Positions 1 to 8,174 of a DNA stretch of 64,000 nt are shown piece by piece. The DNA is from Candidatus Saccharibacteria bacterium CG2_30_41_52 (GTDB lineage Bacteria; Patescibacteriota; Saccharimonadia; Saccharimonadales; Saccharimonadaceae), in contig MNZN01000012.1 in assembly GCA_001873625.1 (NCBI GenBank), positions 12,712-76,711 of the forward strand. Reading direction: 5' to 3'. The position numbers and the translations under genes are program-made. Each line of letters begins with the position of its first letter. Within the stretch, counting starts at the first letter, position 1. Under the pieces are notes generated by a model, which was given only the letters and a program-made list of their open reading frames with translations, did not search any database and was not told the DNA's origin.

Positions 1-105
1 GCTGGTGACTCCGTCTCAAGCCCAAGTTCTACGTCATCTTATACCATTCAACCAGGTCTAAACGAGTATAGCTTTAGCGTCGAAGTTACTTACGAACTAA
101 ACTAA
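1..105 (+). CDS. 3' end of an unidentified CDS that starts upstream of the window (partial)
   Basis: Frame 1 is open from base 1 to TAA at 103-105 (AGDSVSSPSSTSSYTIQPGLNEYSFSVEVTYELN*). No family recognised. It overlaps the 3' end of the convergent ATPase gene by 20 nt. Confidence 0.3.
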   Translation, partial: AGDSVSSPSSTSSYTIQPGLNEYSFSVEVTYELN

Positions 106-2401
106 TTTTAGTTCCGCTTCCATAAAACCTATTCTTGATAATTTCTGCAAATATCAGATATACTGCAACGACTAATATCAAGATTCCAATTTGAGCTGGC
201 GCCAAAAGTCCAAAATGGAATATATACCTAATTGGCAATAAAATCACTAGCAGTGCTACGACAACTACCATTATTGTACTGCCGACCAGTACAACTGATG
301 GTTTACTCTCTTTGAAAGGAATAAGCCTAGTGCGAATAATATAGATTACAAAAATCTGCGTCATGATTGATTCTATAAACCAACCGGCTTGAAAAACTGA
401 TTGATCGGCATGGAAAGCCAGCAACAGTATTCCAAAAGTTGTGAAGTCAAAAACTGAACTTAGTAAACCATACGACCACATGAAGTTCTTGATTTCTTTG
501 ATGCTGAGTGCATGTGGCTGCAACACCTCTGAATCATCAACATTATCAAGTGGAATTGCGAATTGTGATGTGTCATACAACAAATTATTCAATAAAATCT
601 GAGTCGCCAACATTGGCAAAAATGGCAAGAACAATGATGCACCAGCCATTGAAAACATGTTGCCAAAATTCGAACTAAGGCTCATACGCAGGTATTTCAT
701 AGTGTTAGCAAATGTCTTCCGACCTTCAATAATACCGTTGACTAGTTCATGCAAATTCTTGCGCAATAAAATAAAGTCAGCAGCATCTTTGGCGACATCA
801 ACTGCATTATTAACAGATATGCTAACGTCAGCCGTACGCAAACTTGGCGCGTCATTAATACCATCGCCCATGTAACCGACAATATGTCCGTTAACCTGCA
901 AAGCTTCGATAATTTGCATTTTTTGTTCTGGGTTAACTCGTGCAAAGATTGTCGTTTTTTCAACCGCTATCGCCAGTTCTTGTCGAGACATTTTTTCCAG
1001 TTGGTCACCAGTCAATACACCTTCAACAATCAAATTAATATCACGACAAATTTTTTCGGTTACGAACAAATTATCACCAGTAATTACTTTGGTGCTAATC
1101 CCCATTGACCGCATTCGCTCTAATGTTTCGGATACTGATGCTTTGGCTGGGTCCAAAAATGCCAAAAATCCATGGAAAGATAGTTCGGTTTCATCGCTTG
1201 GATCATAGTGTTTTTCGGGTTCAATTTCTTTGGATGCAACTGCTAAAACGCGAAAACCGTTTTTACTTAAATCGTCATAAGTCGCCTGAATTATACTACG
1301 AATAGATTTTGTTAGATGATTACGTCCGGTACGATATTTAGTCGATATACTTAGTATCTCTTCGGGTGCGCCTTCGACAATCAAAAAACGACGCTTGTCA
1401 TTTGTATGATGGACGACGACGGCTTCACGTTTGCGCTCAAAATCAAAAGGAATCTCATCAATCTTTTCGTACATTGATATATCAACACCGTTATGTGCCC
1501 TAATAGCTGCATCCAAAGGATTACCGAAACTGGTCGAAAATGCACTAGCTAAATATCCAAATTTTAAAACGTCGTCTGAACTTTTATTGCGTCCGTCGAC
1601 AAATTTAACTAAGGCAATTTTATTTTCGGTTAATGTGCCAGTTTTATCTGTACACAAAATATCCATGCTGCCAAAGTTTTGAACAGCCGATAATTGTTTT
1701 ACTATCACGCCTTCTTTGGCCATTTTGAGCGAACCTTTAGTTAGGTTTAAGGTAATAATTAATGGCAATAGTTCGGGTGTTAAGCCGACAGCTAAGGCTA
1801 AACTGAATAATATCGATTCCAACAAATCACGCTGTAATACTACGTTTATAAGAAGTACAAAAATCACCAAGAAAAAAGTAATCTTGATAATTAAAACGCT
1901 GAATTCTTTTATTTCATGTTCGAATTCAGTCACGCGATGGACAGATTGCAAATCCTGAGCAATATGTGAAAATTTTGTTTGATGACCAGTCAACGTTACG
2001 CGCATCATACCCGATCCGCTGATAACTCCACTACCCATAAATACTTCGGCATTAACTGGTTTAGCTGCAGGGAATGACTCACCCGTCAAGGCCGCCTCGT
2101 TAGTTGAGATGTCTTTGCCTTCGATTATTATGCCGTCTGCCGGAATGACTTTGCCGGCGGTCAACAAAACGATGTCGCCAGGCACCAATTCGCCGACTAA
2201 TATAATATGCTCTTTGCCTTCACGAATAACATGAGCTTTAACTCGAACTTTATCCTTCAATGCTTCGGCTGCCTTTTCAGAACGATATGTATTGCCAAAA
2301 TCCAAACCAACACTTAGCGCTACAATCGCGACAATAATAAAGAAACTGGCTTTATCACCAAAGAAAAGCGATAAAAACGCCGCTAGTAACAAGATAATCA
2401 C
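86..2401 (-). CDS. mgtA: Mg2+-importing P-type ATPase (MgtA/MgtB type); main ORF, 5' end frameshifted
   Basis: Carries the phosphorylation motif CTDKTGTLT, the actuator motif LTGESFP and the hinge GDGINDAPSL. The C-terminal block NNLLYDTSQFAIPLDNVD...SSVFDFTTF is typical of MgtA-type pumps. The conserved N-terminus (MVKSLSFKEVKKLRLQYGPNLL...) is encoded at 2412-2519 in a different frame. Confidence 0.85.
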   Translation of the reverse strand: MIILLLAAFLSLFFGDKASFFIIVAIVALSVGLDFGNTYRSEKAAEALKDKVRVKAHVIREGKEHIILVGELVPGDIVLLTAGKVIPADGIIIEGKDISTNEAALTGESFPAAKPVNAEVFMGSGVISGSGMMRVTLTGHQTKFSHIAQDLQSVHRVTEFEHEIKEFSVLIIKITFFLVIFVLLINVVLQRDLLESILFSLALAVGLTPELLPLIITLNLTKGSLKMAKEGVIVKQLSAVQNFGSMDILCTDKTGTLTENKIALVKFVDGRNKSSDDVLKFGYLASAFSTSFGNPLDAAIRAHNGVDISMYEKIDEIPFDFERKREAVVVHHTNDKRRFLIVEGAPEEILSISTKYRTGRNHLTKSIRSIIQATYDDLSKNGFRVLAVASKEIEPEKHYDPSDETELSFHGFLAFLDPAKASVSETLERMRSMGISTKVITGDNLFVTEKICRDINLIVEGVLTGDQLEKMSRQELAIAVEKTTIFARVNPEQKMQIIEALQVNGHIVGYMGDGINDAPSLRTADVSISVNNAVDVAKDAADFILLRKNLHELVNGIIEGRKTFANTMKYLRMSLSSNFGNMFSMAGASLFLPFLPMLATQILLNNLLYDTSQFAIPLDNVDDSEVLQPHALSIKEIKNFMWSYGLLSSVFDFTTFGILLLAFHADQSVFQAGWFIESIMTQIFVIYIIRTRLIPFKESKPSVVLVGSTIMVVVVALLVILLPIRYIFHFGLLAPAQIGILILVVAVYLIFAEIIKNRFYGSGTKISLVRK

Positions 2402-2570
2402 CAGGGGATTTTTAAAATGCCATCAATACTCTGCCACGGCTACCGCTTTCGTGTAATAAGTTTGGTCCATATTGAAGTCGAAGCTTTTTGACCTCCTTAA
2501 AAGAAAGGCTTTTTACCATAAGTATTATTATAGCTTACATTTCACTAGTAGATCGATGAAACTCATAAAA

Positions 2571-2831
2571 CTAAATACCGTATTTTGCTTTGATTCGATC
2601 TTTGTTAATGCCGTTGGTAATATTTGTATAACCCATAGATTTCATAATATGAGCGCTAACGGCTGATCGACTGCCAGTGCGACAATATAAAACAACTTCA
2701 GCGTCTTTGGGGACCTCATTTAGCTTTTTATCGCCACTCATAAGTTTTGCTGGTGGAATGTTAATTGCGCCTTTAACGTGTCCAGTCGCAAATTCATAAG
2801 GCTCTCGTACGTCAATAAATACTATGTTCAT
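2571..2831 (-). CDS. single-domain rhodanese-like sulfurtransferase
   Basis: 86 aa. Has the active-site loop YCRTGSRS and a rhodanese N-terminal pattern (IDVREPYEFATGHVKGAINIP). Confidence 0.8.
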   Translation of the reverse strand: MNIVFIDVREPYEFATGHVKGAINIPPAKLMSGDKKLNEVPKDAEVVLYCRTGSRSAVSAHIMKSMGYTNITNGINKDRIKAKYGI

Positions 2832-2842
2832 ATGTTATTATT

Positions 2843-2865
2843 CTAATGTAAATTGTTTACATTAG
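2843..2865. promoter_or_regulatory. perfect 10-3-10 palindrome, candidate operator for the adjacent Fur-family regulator
   Basis: CTAATGTAAA-ttg-TTTACATTAG lies in the 61-bp divergent intergenic region between the rhodanese gene and the Fur-like gene. It is AT-rich and dyad-symmetric like Fur/PerR boxes. Confidence 0.5.
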
Positions 2866-2892
2866 CAAGCAAACCAATTATAATAATAGTTA

Positions 2893-3282
2893 ATGATTAC
2901 GGCGCCAATTAAACGACAAACAAAATACTGCCAAGCAATTGAGCATACATTAAAAATGTTAGGTCATGCAACTAATGCCGAATTACTTACTTCCCTACGC
3001 AAATCTTACCCGGAATTAAGTGCAACAACCGTGCATCGTGCTACCACCAGACTAGCTTTACGTGATTCTATTGCCTCCGCACCTAAAGCCCTAGATGGTT
3101 CAATGCGCTATGACGCCAATATGACGCCTCATGACCATTTTGAATGTTCGTCATGTGGATTACTGCAAGATACAAATGTAAAAGACAAAGTAATTCCTAT
3201 TTTGGAATCATCGATTGATGGCTGTAAGGTTTCAGGTCAATTAATAATAACGGGGGTATGCAAAAAATGTATGAAAGAATAA
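2893..3282 (+). CDS. Fur-family (Fur/Zur/PerR-like) transcriptional regulator
   Basis: 129 aa with a winged-helix N-terminal half. Metal-site pattern HDHFECSSCG ... CKKC (two CxxC pairs) at the C-terminus. Confidence 0.7.
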   Translation: MITAPIKRQTKYCQAIEHTLKMLGHATNAELLTSLRKSYPELSATTVHRATTRLALRDSIASAPKALDGSMRYDANMTPHDHFECSSCGLLQDTNVKDKVIPILESSIDGCKVSGQLIITGVCKKCMKE

Positions 3283-3686
3283 AAAACTTTAAGTTATTGA
3301 TAATTGTCGTCGTTATAATGATTAGTTTTGGCGGTCTAGTATTTGTTGCAAATAATAATCAACCGAAAAATACTGCTGCTACTTTATCAATGCAAACAAT
3401 AAAAAATGACATCGCAGTCGGCGGACAACTTATCGACGTTCGAACGCCCGAAGAATTTGCAATTTCACATATCGATGGAGCAATTAATTTATCGTCGGTA
3501 GATATATTGGCCGGATCAATTCCATCGGGGCCCAAAGACAAACCTATCTATCTGTATTGCCATAGTGGCAATCGTTCGGGACAATCCACCACAGTCCTAA
3601 AAGCTGCTGGGTTTACTAATATCATTAATCTTGGCGCCATGACACATGTTCAGTCGCTGGGGGGAAATCTAATAACCAAGGAGTAA
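3258..3686 (+). CDS. membrane-anchored rhodanese-domain protein
   Basis: N-terminal TM helix (LLIIVVVIMISFGGLVFV) followed by a rhodanese domain with active-site loop YCHSGNRSGQS. Overlaps the Fur-like stop; the start could instead be 3267. Confidence 0.75.
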   Translation: MQKMYERIKNFKLLIIVVVIMISFGGLVFVANNNQPKNTAATLSMQTIKNDIAVGGQLIDVRTPEEFAISHIDGAINLSSVDILAGSIPSGPKDKPIYLYCHSGNRSGQSTTVLKAAGFTNIINLGAMTHVQSLGGNLITKE

Positions 3687-3691
3687 CATTT

Positions 3692-3949
3692 ATGATAATA
3701 ACAATTTATAGCACCAGATCTTGCCCATATTGCACTATGTTAAAACGCTGGCTTGATGAAAAGTCAGTCGAATATACAAATTACAATGTCGACGAAAACC
3801 CAATTGCCGCTCAGAATATGGTCAGACTAAGCGGTCAAATGGGCGTTCCGTTCAGCACGGTTGAGTACGGCGATAAACAAGTAGAAATGATTCTTGGTTT
3901 TGATAGGCCAAAATTTGAAGCAGTCTTTAAAGCCGCTCAATCTAAATAG
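3692..3949 (+). CDS. glutaredoxin/NrdH-like small redox protein
   Basis: 85 aa with a CPYC motif after beta1 and GVPF later, a thioredoxin-fold pattern. Paralogue of the ORF at 42282-42533. Confidence 0.75.
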   Translation: MIITIYSTRSCPYCTMLKRWLDEKSVEYTNYNVDENPIAAQNMVRLSGQMGVPFSTVEYGDKQVEMILGFDRPKFEAVFKAAQSK

Positions 3950-3955
3950 TTTTAT

Positions 3956-4924
3956 CTATTCCCAACTAAAGTTTTTGTGACCAAAGTGACCCCACTGGGC
4001 AGTCTCTTCATAAATTGGTCGTTTTAGATTAAGGGTTTTTATAATACCATTTGGTGACAAGTCATAGCCGACAACATTTTCTTGAACACCATCAACAATC
4101 ACTGATGCTTCAAGTGGTTGGTCATAACCAATTGCATATGCTAAACGTACAAAGACCTCTGTGGCTTTACGCTTTTTCAAATAATCAACGGCAATCTTGC
4201 GTGCAATATATGCAGCTGATCGGTCAACTTTGCTAGGATCTTTGCCGCTAAATGCACCGCCACCAATTGGAATGCGTGGACCATAATTATCAACGATAAG
4301 TTTGCGGCCAGTTAAGCCAGCGTCGGCTTCAAAACCACCGATTTGCCAATCACCTGCTGGATTAATATGAAAATCAACTTTATCGTATTTGGCAAGTTTT
4401 TCGGTTTTTAGCCAAGCCTCAACACTTTTCAGTAATTCATCGTGTTTTGCATTTTGAAAACTAACGACAATTGATGCAATTTTATCGCCTTCTAAAGTGA
4501 CTTGGGTCTTGCCATCAAATGGCCAAGTTTTATAAATATATTGGCACAATCGACGAGACAATACAGTTTCTAGGGGTAGCATTTCGGGCGTTTCGCTGCA
4601 TGCATAACCTACCATAATTCCCTGGTCGCCAGCTCCACCAATATCAACTCCTTGGGCAATCTCGGAACTTTGGGTTGCAATATGTTCGATAACTACAACG
4701 CTGCCAGCGATTCGCTTGACTATACCTTTGACATCAATACCAGTCGCTTTGGATGTGACTTCACCGGTTACGAACACAACACCGTGTCCACCAGCAATAT
4801 CAATACCAGCCCTAGCGTTCGGGTCCTGCGCAAAATGCGCATCCAAAATTGCGTCTGATATTTGATCGCAGATTTTGTCCGGATGCTTCGGCGAAACACT
4901 CTCGGCGGTTCTAAAATTTGACAT
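3956..4924 (-). CDS. metK: S-adenosylmethionine synthetase (short form, about 322 aa)
   Basis: Motifs TAESVSPKHPDKICDQISDAILD, GAGDQGIMVGYA and GGGAFSGKDPSKVDRSAAY. Start chosen at ATG 4922-4924, 8 nt after an AGGAG RBS; the ORF track start at 4954 is probably too long. Confidence 0.9.
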   Translation of the reverse strand: MSNFRTAESVSPKHPDKICDQISDAILDAHFAQDPNARAGIDIAGGHGVVFVTGEVTSKATGIDVKGIVKRIAGSVVVIEHIATQSSEIAQGVDIGGAGDQGIMVGYACSETPEMLPLETVLSRRLCQYIYKTWPFDGKTQVTLEGDKIASIVVSFQNAKHDELLKSVEAWLKTEKLAKYDKVDFHINPAGDWQIGGFEADAGLTGRKLIVDNYGPRIPIGGGAFSGKDPSKVDRSAAYIARKIAVDYLKKRKATEVFVRLAYAIGYDQPLEASVIVDGVQENVVGYDLSPNGIIKTLNLKRPIYEETAQWGHFGHKNFSWE

Positions 4925-4990
4925 GAAAATAACTCCTTTCGCGTATCTTTTCACCCATTAGGGAAAGATGGAAGAAGTTTTAACCTACAT

Positions 4991-5090
4991 TTATCTTTCC
5001 CGTTAGGGCTAGAATTGGCACCGCTTCCACATGATTGTGGTCGGTTGCCGGCAGGTCATAAAGCTAGATCTCTCGCTGCACTCTGGATAC
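4991..5090 (-). promoter_or_regulatory. SAM-I (S-box) riboswitch aptamer in the metK leader
   Basis: The minus-strand RNA reads UAUCCAGAG-UGCAGCGAGAGAUCUAGCUUUAUGACCUGCC-GGCAACC-GACCACAAUCAUGUGGAAGCG-GUGCCAAUUCU-AGCCCUAACGGGAA-AGAUAA. This matches the S-box layout: P1 UAUC/GAUA, a GA-rich kink-turn in P2, the GGCAACC and GUGCCAAUUC junction strings, and P3 and P4 hairpins. Confidence 0.85.
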
Positions 5091-5126
5091 TATTAAATTA
5101 ATGTACTGAAAAGTAGTATACCGTGA

Positions 5127-5939
5127 CTAATTATTATTGGCAATAATTCTATTCATCAAATCCAAAGCCGCAATTCCCGACAGAAGTTGAAGTTGTCGCA
5201 AATATTCTGGACCACCATCCCAAATAAGGCTTGGTGGCAGCATGTAACCAAAAACCAGCGATCCAATGCAAAGCATCAGCATCCAATCTATTGGCATATG
5301 TAGGTAAAACATCTAGCCCAGATCGGTATACATACGTTAACATTGCCGCTAAATCTGTTCTTCTATCGCCTATTTGGACCCAATTCCAATCTACCAAGCA
5401 AATTTCATTAGTCGTTTGGTTCCAAGCGCAATTATCGGCACGAATATCGTTATGGACTAACGTGCCATTTTAAAATACAAATTGTTTACTTTTGATTGCA
5501 CTTTTATCAAAATCGACATTGTCTGCCAAATTGTGTCGTCCTGCGTCACAAAGTTTTTCAATCAAACTTCGCTGCAGTTTAATCGACTGAGACAAAGGCT
5601 CCCATCCATCATTGCTTTCATCGAGTGACTTTTCAGAAAAATAATCCTCGTCATCTCCAACTGTCTTAATCAACGCCAAATCATCCATAGCATTCAGTGT
5701 CTGGGCTAGTCGTTCGTGCGACCAGTTATTTTTCCAGTCCCAACTATCACTAGACGAATGAGAAGTTATACGAGTATTATCACTTGTCCCAATTTTGACA
5801 AATACTTAACTGCCGTCGTCTAAATCCAAAAACCCTTTTTCACCTGACTAAAACCGCCCTCGGCGCTGCGAATGCTATCCAATTTTTTTTCTATATCTTG
5901 CCAATTAATAATTGGACCGAATGATTGAAGTTCAGACAT
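5127..5939 (-). pseudogene. aminoglycoside/choline-kinase-type phosphotransferase (APH family), multiply disrupted
   Basis: Kinase motifs are spread over three frames: ...SAEGGFSQVKKGF / LDLDDGS*VFVKIG ... LVHNDIRADNCAWN ... LVDWNWVQIGDRRTDLA. There are frameshifts in an A8 run (about 5883-5890) and a T5 run, plus in-frame TAA stops (one at 5470-5472). Confidence 0.65.
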
Positions 5940-5958
5940 AACGCTTTAAACCCACAAT

Positions 5959-6066
5959 TTAGTTACTAAAAGAGAAAGCAATTATCGCAAAAATAATAAT
6001 CACGACAACTACTATTACTAGTTCCAAAACCGTAAAACCATCTTGATGCTTGTGCAATTTTGACAT
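5959..6066 (-). CDS. 35-codon type IV prepilin-like stub (N-terminal leader and hydrophobic helix only)
   Basis: Translation is MSKLHKHQDG/FTVLELVIVVVVIIIFAIIAFSFSN*. It has the class III signal pattern G-F-T-x-x-E with Glu at +5. It is too short for a pilin head domain and too short to appear in the ORF track. Confidence 0.45.
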   Translation of the reverse strand: MSKLHKHQDGFTVLELVIVVVVIIIFAIIAFSFSN

Positions 6067-6114
6067 AAAAGATCTCATTTATTAATAGTTATATAATAAC
6101 ACGAACTAGGTAGC

Positions 6115-7038
6115 TTGATGATGGCTTTTTTGTTATACTTAAGCATTATAAGGAGTATTGTAATATCTATGGTGGAACCATGCACGATTAAAGCAAGTCA
6201 TAACAGACATGTTAGCACCCGTCGTCACTTACGATATATTCCGCTACTCCTAGCCGTAATGGTCATATATAGCCTTTTCTTATCTATATATGCCAGTGCC
6301 AAAACATCTATTTCTCAAAGTTACGCTACGACTGACAAATTATCGCTTGGCTCAATTGTCAGTTTAAAAAATAATACAACCGACCAAGTCGTCGCTGCCT
6401 CAACCTATAATATCGATAGCATTCTGGGTGTAGTCATTAACAATGGTAGCTCTATATTATCACTGACGAATGGCCAAGAAGACCAAGTCCAAGTCGCCAC
6501 TAGCGAATTAGCTTCCGTATTGGTATCTAACATCAATGGTGATATTGTTCAGGGCGATCAGATAACAGCATCACCAATTAAGGGTGTTGGTATGAGAGCC
6601 ACCAATAATACAAAGGTTATTGGAGTTGCTCAGGACATTCCCACAAACAGCAACAAACAACAATTTTACACCGATAGCGACGGCAAAAAACAATCCGTTG
6701 TTTTAGGTGAAGTTCCAATCCTGGTAAACGTTTCATTCTTTTTCAAAGAGCCAGAAAAAACATTGATTCCATCCGCACTACAAAACATAGCCAATGCTCT
6801 TGCCGGAAAACAAGTTAGTACACTTCCGATAGTTATTAGTGCAGCTATTTTTATCATAACAATCATAGTAGTTGTAAGTATTGTTTTTGCGATGGTTCGC
6901 AGCAGTATTATCTCTGTCGGCCGCAACCCAATGTCACAATCAGCAATTTATCGCGATCTTATCCAATTATCGGCCTTAGTATTGGCAATTTTGTCGGTCG
7001 GTATGATAGCAATTTATTTAGTGCTGACAAAGATGTAA
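6115..7038 (+). CDS. membrane protein: N-terminal anchor, about 200-aa extracytoplasmic S/T/N-rich domain, C-terminal helix-loop-helix resembling an ATP synthase c-subunit hairpin without the ion-binding carboxylate
   Basis: Lies directly upstream of the atp genes (4-nt gap). The C-terminus is ...IVFAMVRSSIISVGRNPMSQSAIYRDLIQLSALVLAILSVGMIAIYLVLTKM. The start may be the ATG at 6169. Confidence 0.55.
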   Translation: MMMAFLLYLSIIRSIVISMVEPCTIKASHNRHVSTRRHLRYIPLLLAVMVIYSLFLSIYASAKTSISQSYATTDKLSLGSIVSLKNNTTDQVVAASTYNIDSILGVVINNGSSILSLTNGQEDQVQVATSELASVLVSNINGDIVQGDQITASPIKGVGMRATNNTKVIGVAQDIPTNSNKQQFYTDSDGKKQSVVLGEVPILVNVSFFFKEPEKTLIPSALQNIANALAGKQVSTLPIVISAAIFIITIIVVVSIVFAMVRSSIISVGRNPMSQSAIYRDLIQLSALVLAILSVGMIAIYLVLTKM

Positions 7039-7042
7039 CCAT

Positions 7043-7699
7043 ATGAACAATATATTATTACAATCATTTATACTACTGAATGTATTTATCATGGGAATAC
7101 TAGTATCTGTTGCTGTCCGTCATGCGTATGCTCATTTCAGACCTAGAGAGAACGATGAGATTGAAAAGTCACATCCACATATTCAAGCTCAAAGCGCTCA
7201 CCTACCACCAGCCGTAAAAGAACGATTACTACAAGCATCTCAAGCTCATTTTCAAGCTGTTTTGAATCATTCGGCTGCAGAGTTACAACAAGATCTAAAG
7301 TCTACTGCCTTTCATTTAAATAAACAACTAGGGAAACTAGGGACTGACATTATTAGCGACGAGATGAAACGTTATCATGCTAGTCTTGATCAACTACGCA
7401 AACAAACAGAAACGACCATGCTTAACGCCCAAGCTGAAATTGCATTACATCAAACTGAAATCAAAGAAAAACTAACAAAACGCCAAACTGAATTAGAAAC
7501 TCAAATGGCTGAAGATATTACTGCTGAAAAACAAATGTTAATACAAAATATTGACACTAAACTAGCCGATGCGGTTGCATCATTCTTGACTGAAACTCTG
7601 CAACACAATGTCGATTTGGGTGCACAAAATGCATATTTGACGTCAATGCTCGAGGAACACAAAGCCGAAATTATAAAAGGCGTCAACGATGAAGCTTAG
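7043..7699 (+). CDS. atpF: ATP synthase peripheral-stalk subunit b-like protein
   Basis: One N-terminal TM helix followed by about 180 aa of predicted continuous charged helix. It sits immediately before delta and overlaps it by 11 nt. Sequence similarity to canonical b is weak; the call rests on architecture and synteny. Confidence 0.5.
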   Translation: MNNILLQSFILLNVFIMGILVSVAVRHAYAHFRPRENDEIEKSHPHIQAQSAHLPPAVKERLLQASQAHFQAVLNHSAAELQQDLKSTAFHLNKQLGKLGTDIISDEMKRYHASLDQLRKQTETTMLNAQAEIALHQTEIKEKLTKRQTELETQMAEDITAEKQMLIQNIDTKLADAVASFLTETLQHNVDLGAQNAYLTSMLEEHKAEIIKGVNDEA

Positions 7700-8174
7700 A
7701 CTGCCAGATAGTGTCGCTTCACCACAGGATTTAAATGCCCTATTGATTGAAGTTAGACAATATCAAAAATGGCTTGCTCACGAGTCTATAAAAAAGCAGG
7801 TTAATGTCAAACATATATCCGAACAGCCGGTTATGTCATCATCCATCAAAGAGCTTTTCCGTAATTACGATTTAAAAAAAATCATCGACCAGCATAGTAT
7901 TGAATCATTAATTGAGACCTTGGAAAAATACAAAAACTCCGCGCCATCAATTACCCTGACACTAGCAGCTACTCCAACAACTACCGTCAAATCAACTTTG
8001 GTAAGTTGGTGTCGCGATAATATTGCGCCCGACATATTAGTTGCCTTTCAATTTAATACCACTCTACTAGGCGGCATAGTAGTTCGACATGGCAGCCATA
8101 TTTTCGATTGGTCATTCAGACGTCAAATACTAGCTGCTCGTGAACATTTCCCAGAGGTACTGCGTAATGTTTGA
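7689..8174 (+). CDS. atpH: ATP synthase subunit delta (OSCP)
   Basis: C-terminal OSCP pattern ...LTLAATP...ILVAFQFNTTLLGGIVVRHGSHIFDWSFRRQI. Located between the b-like gene and alpha. Confidence 0.7.
   Translation: MKLRLPDSVASPQDLNALLIEVRQYQKWLAHESIKKQVNVKHISEQPVMSSSIKELFRNYDLKKIIDQHSIESLIETLEKYKNSAPSITLTLAATPTTTVKSTLVSWCRDNIAPDILVAFQFNTTLLGGIVVRHGSHIFDWSFRRQILAAREHFPEVLRNV

Noticed and set aside
2423-2425. In-frame TGA immediately upstream of the main mgtA ORF, considered as a recoded codon (code 25 Gly or selenocysteine).
   Set aside because: TGA clearly terminates conserved genes here (atpH at 8172-8174, atpG at 10466-10468). The conserved MgtA N-terminus is found in a different frame, so a 1-nt frameshift explains the break better than recoding.
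6817-7038. Calling the C-terminal hairpin of the 307-aa protein a bona fide atpE (subunit c).
   Set aside because: It is fused to a large N-terminal domain, lacks the GxGxGxG packing motif in helix 1 and has Leu at the position of the essential carboxylate. It is kept only as a hypothesis in the findings.
8140-8166. The ORF-track start of atpA at 8140 (MNISQRYCV...).
   Set aside because: These codons lie inside atpH. ATG 8167 overlaps the atpH stop (ATGTTTGA) and gives a canonical alpha N-terminus, so the shorter start was preferred.
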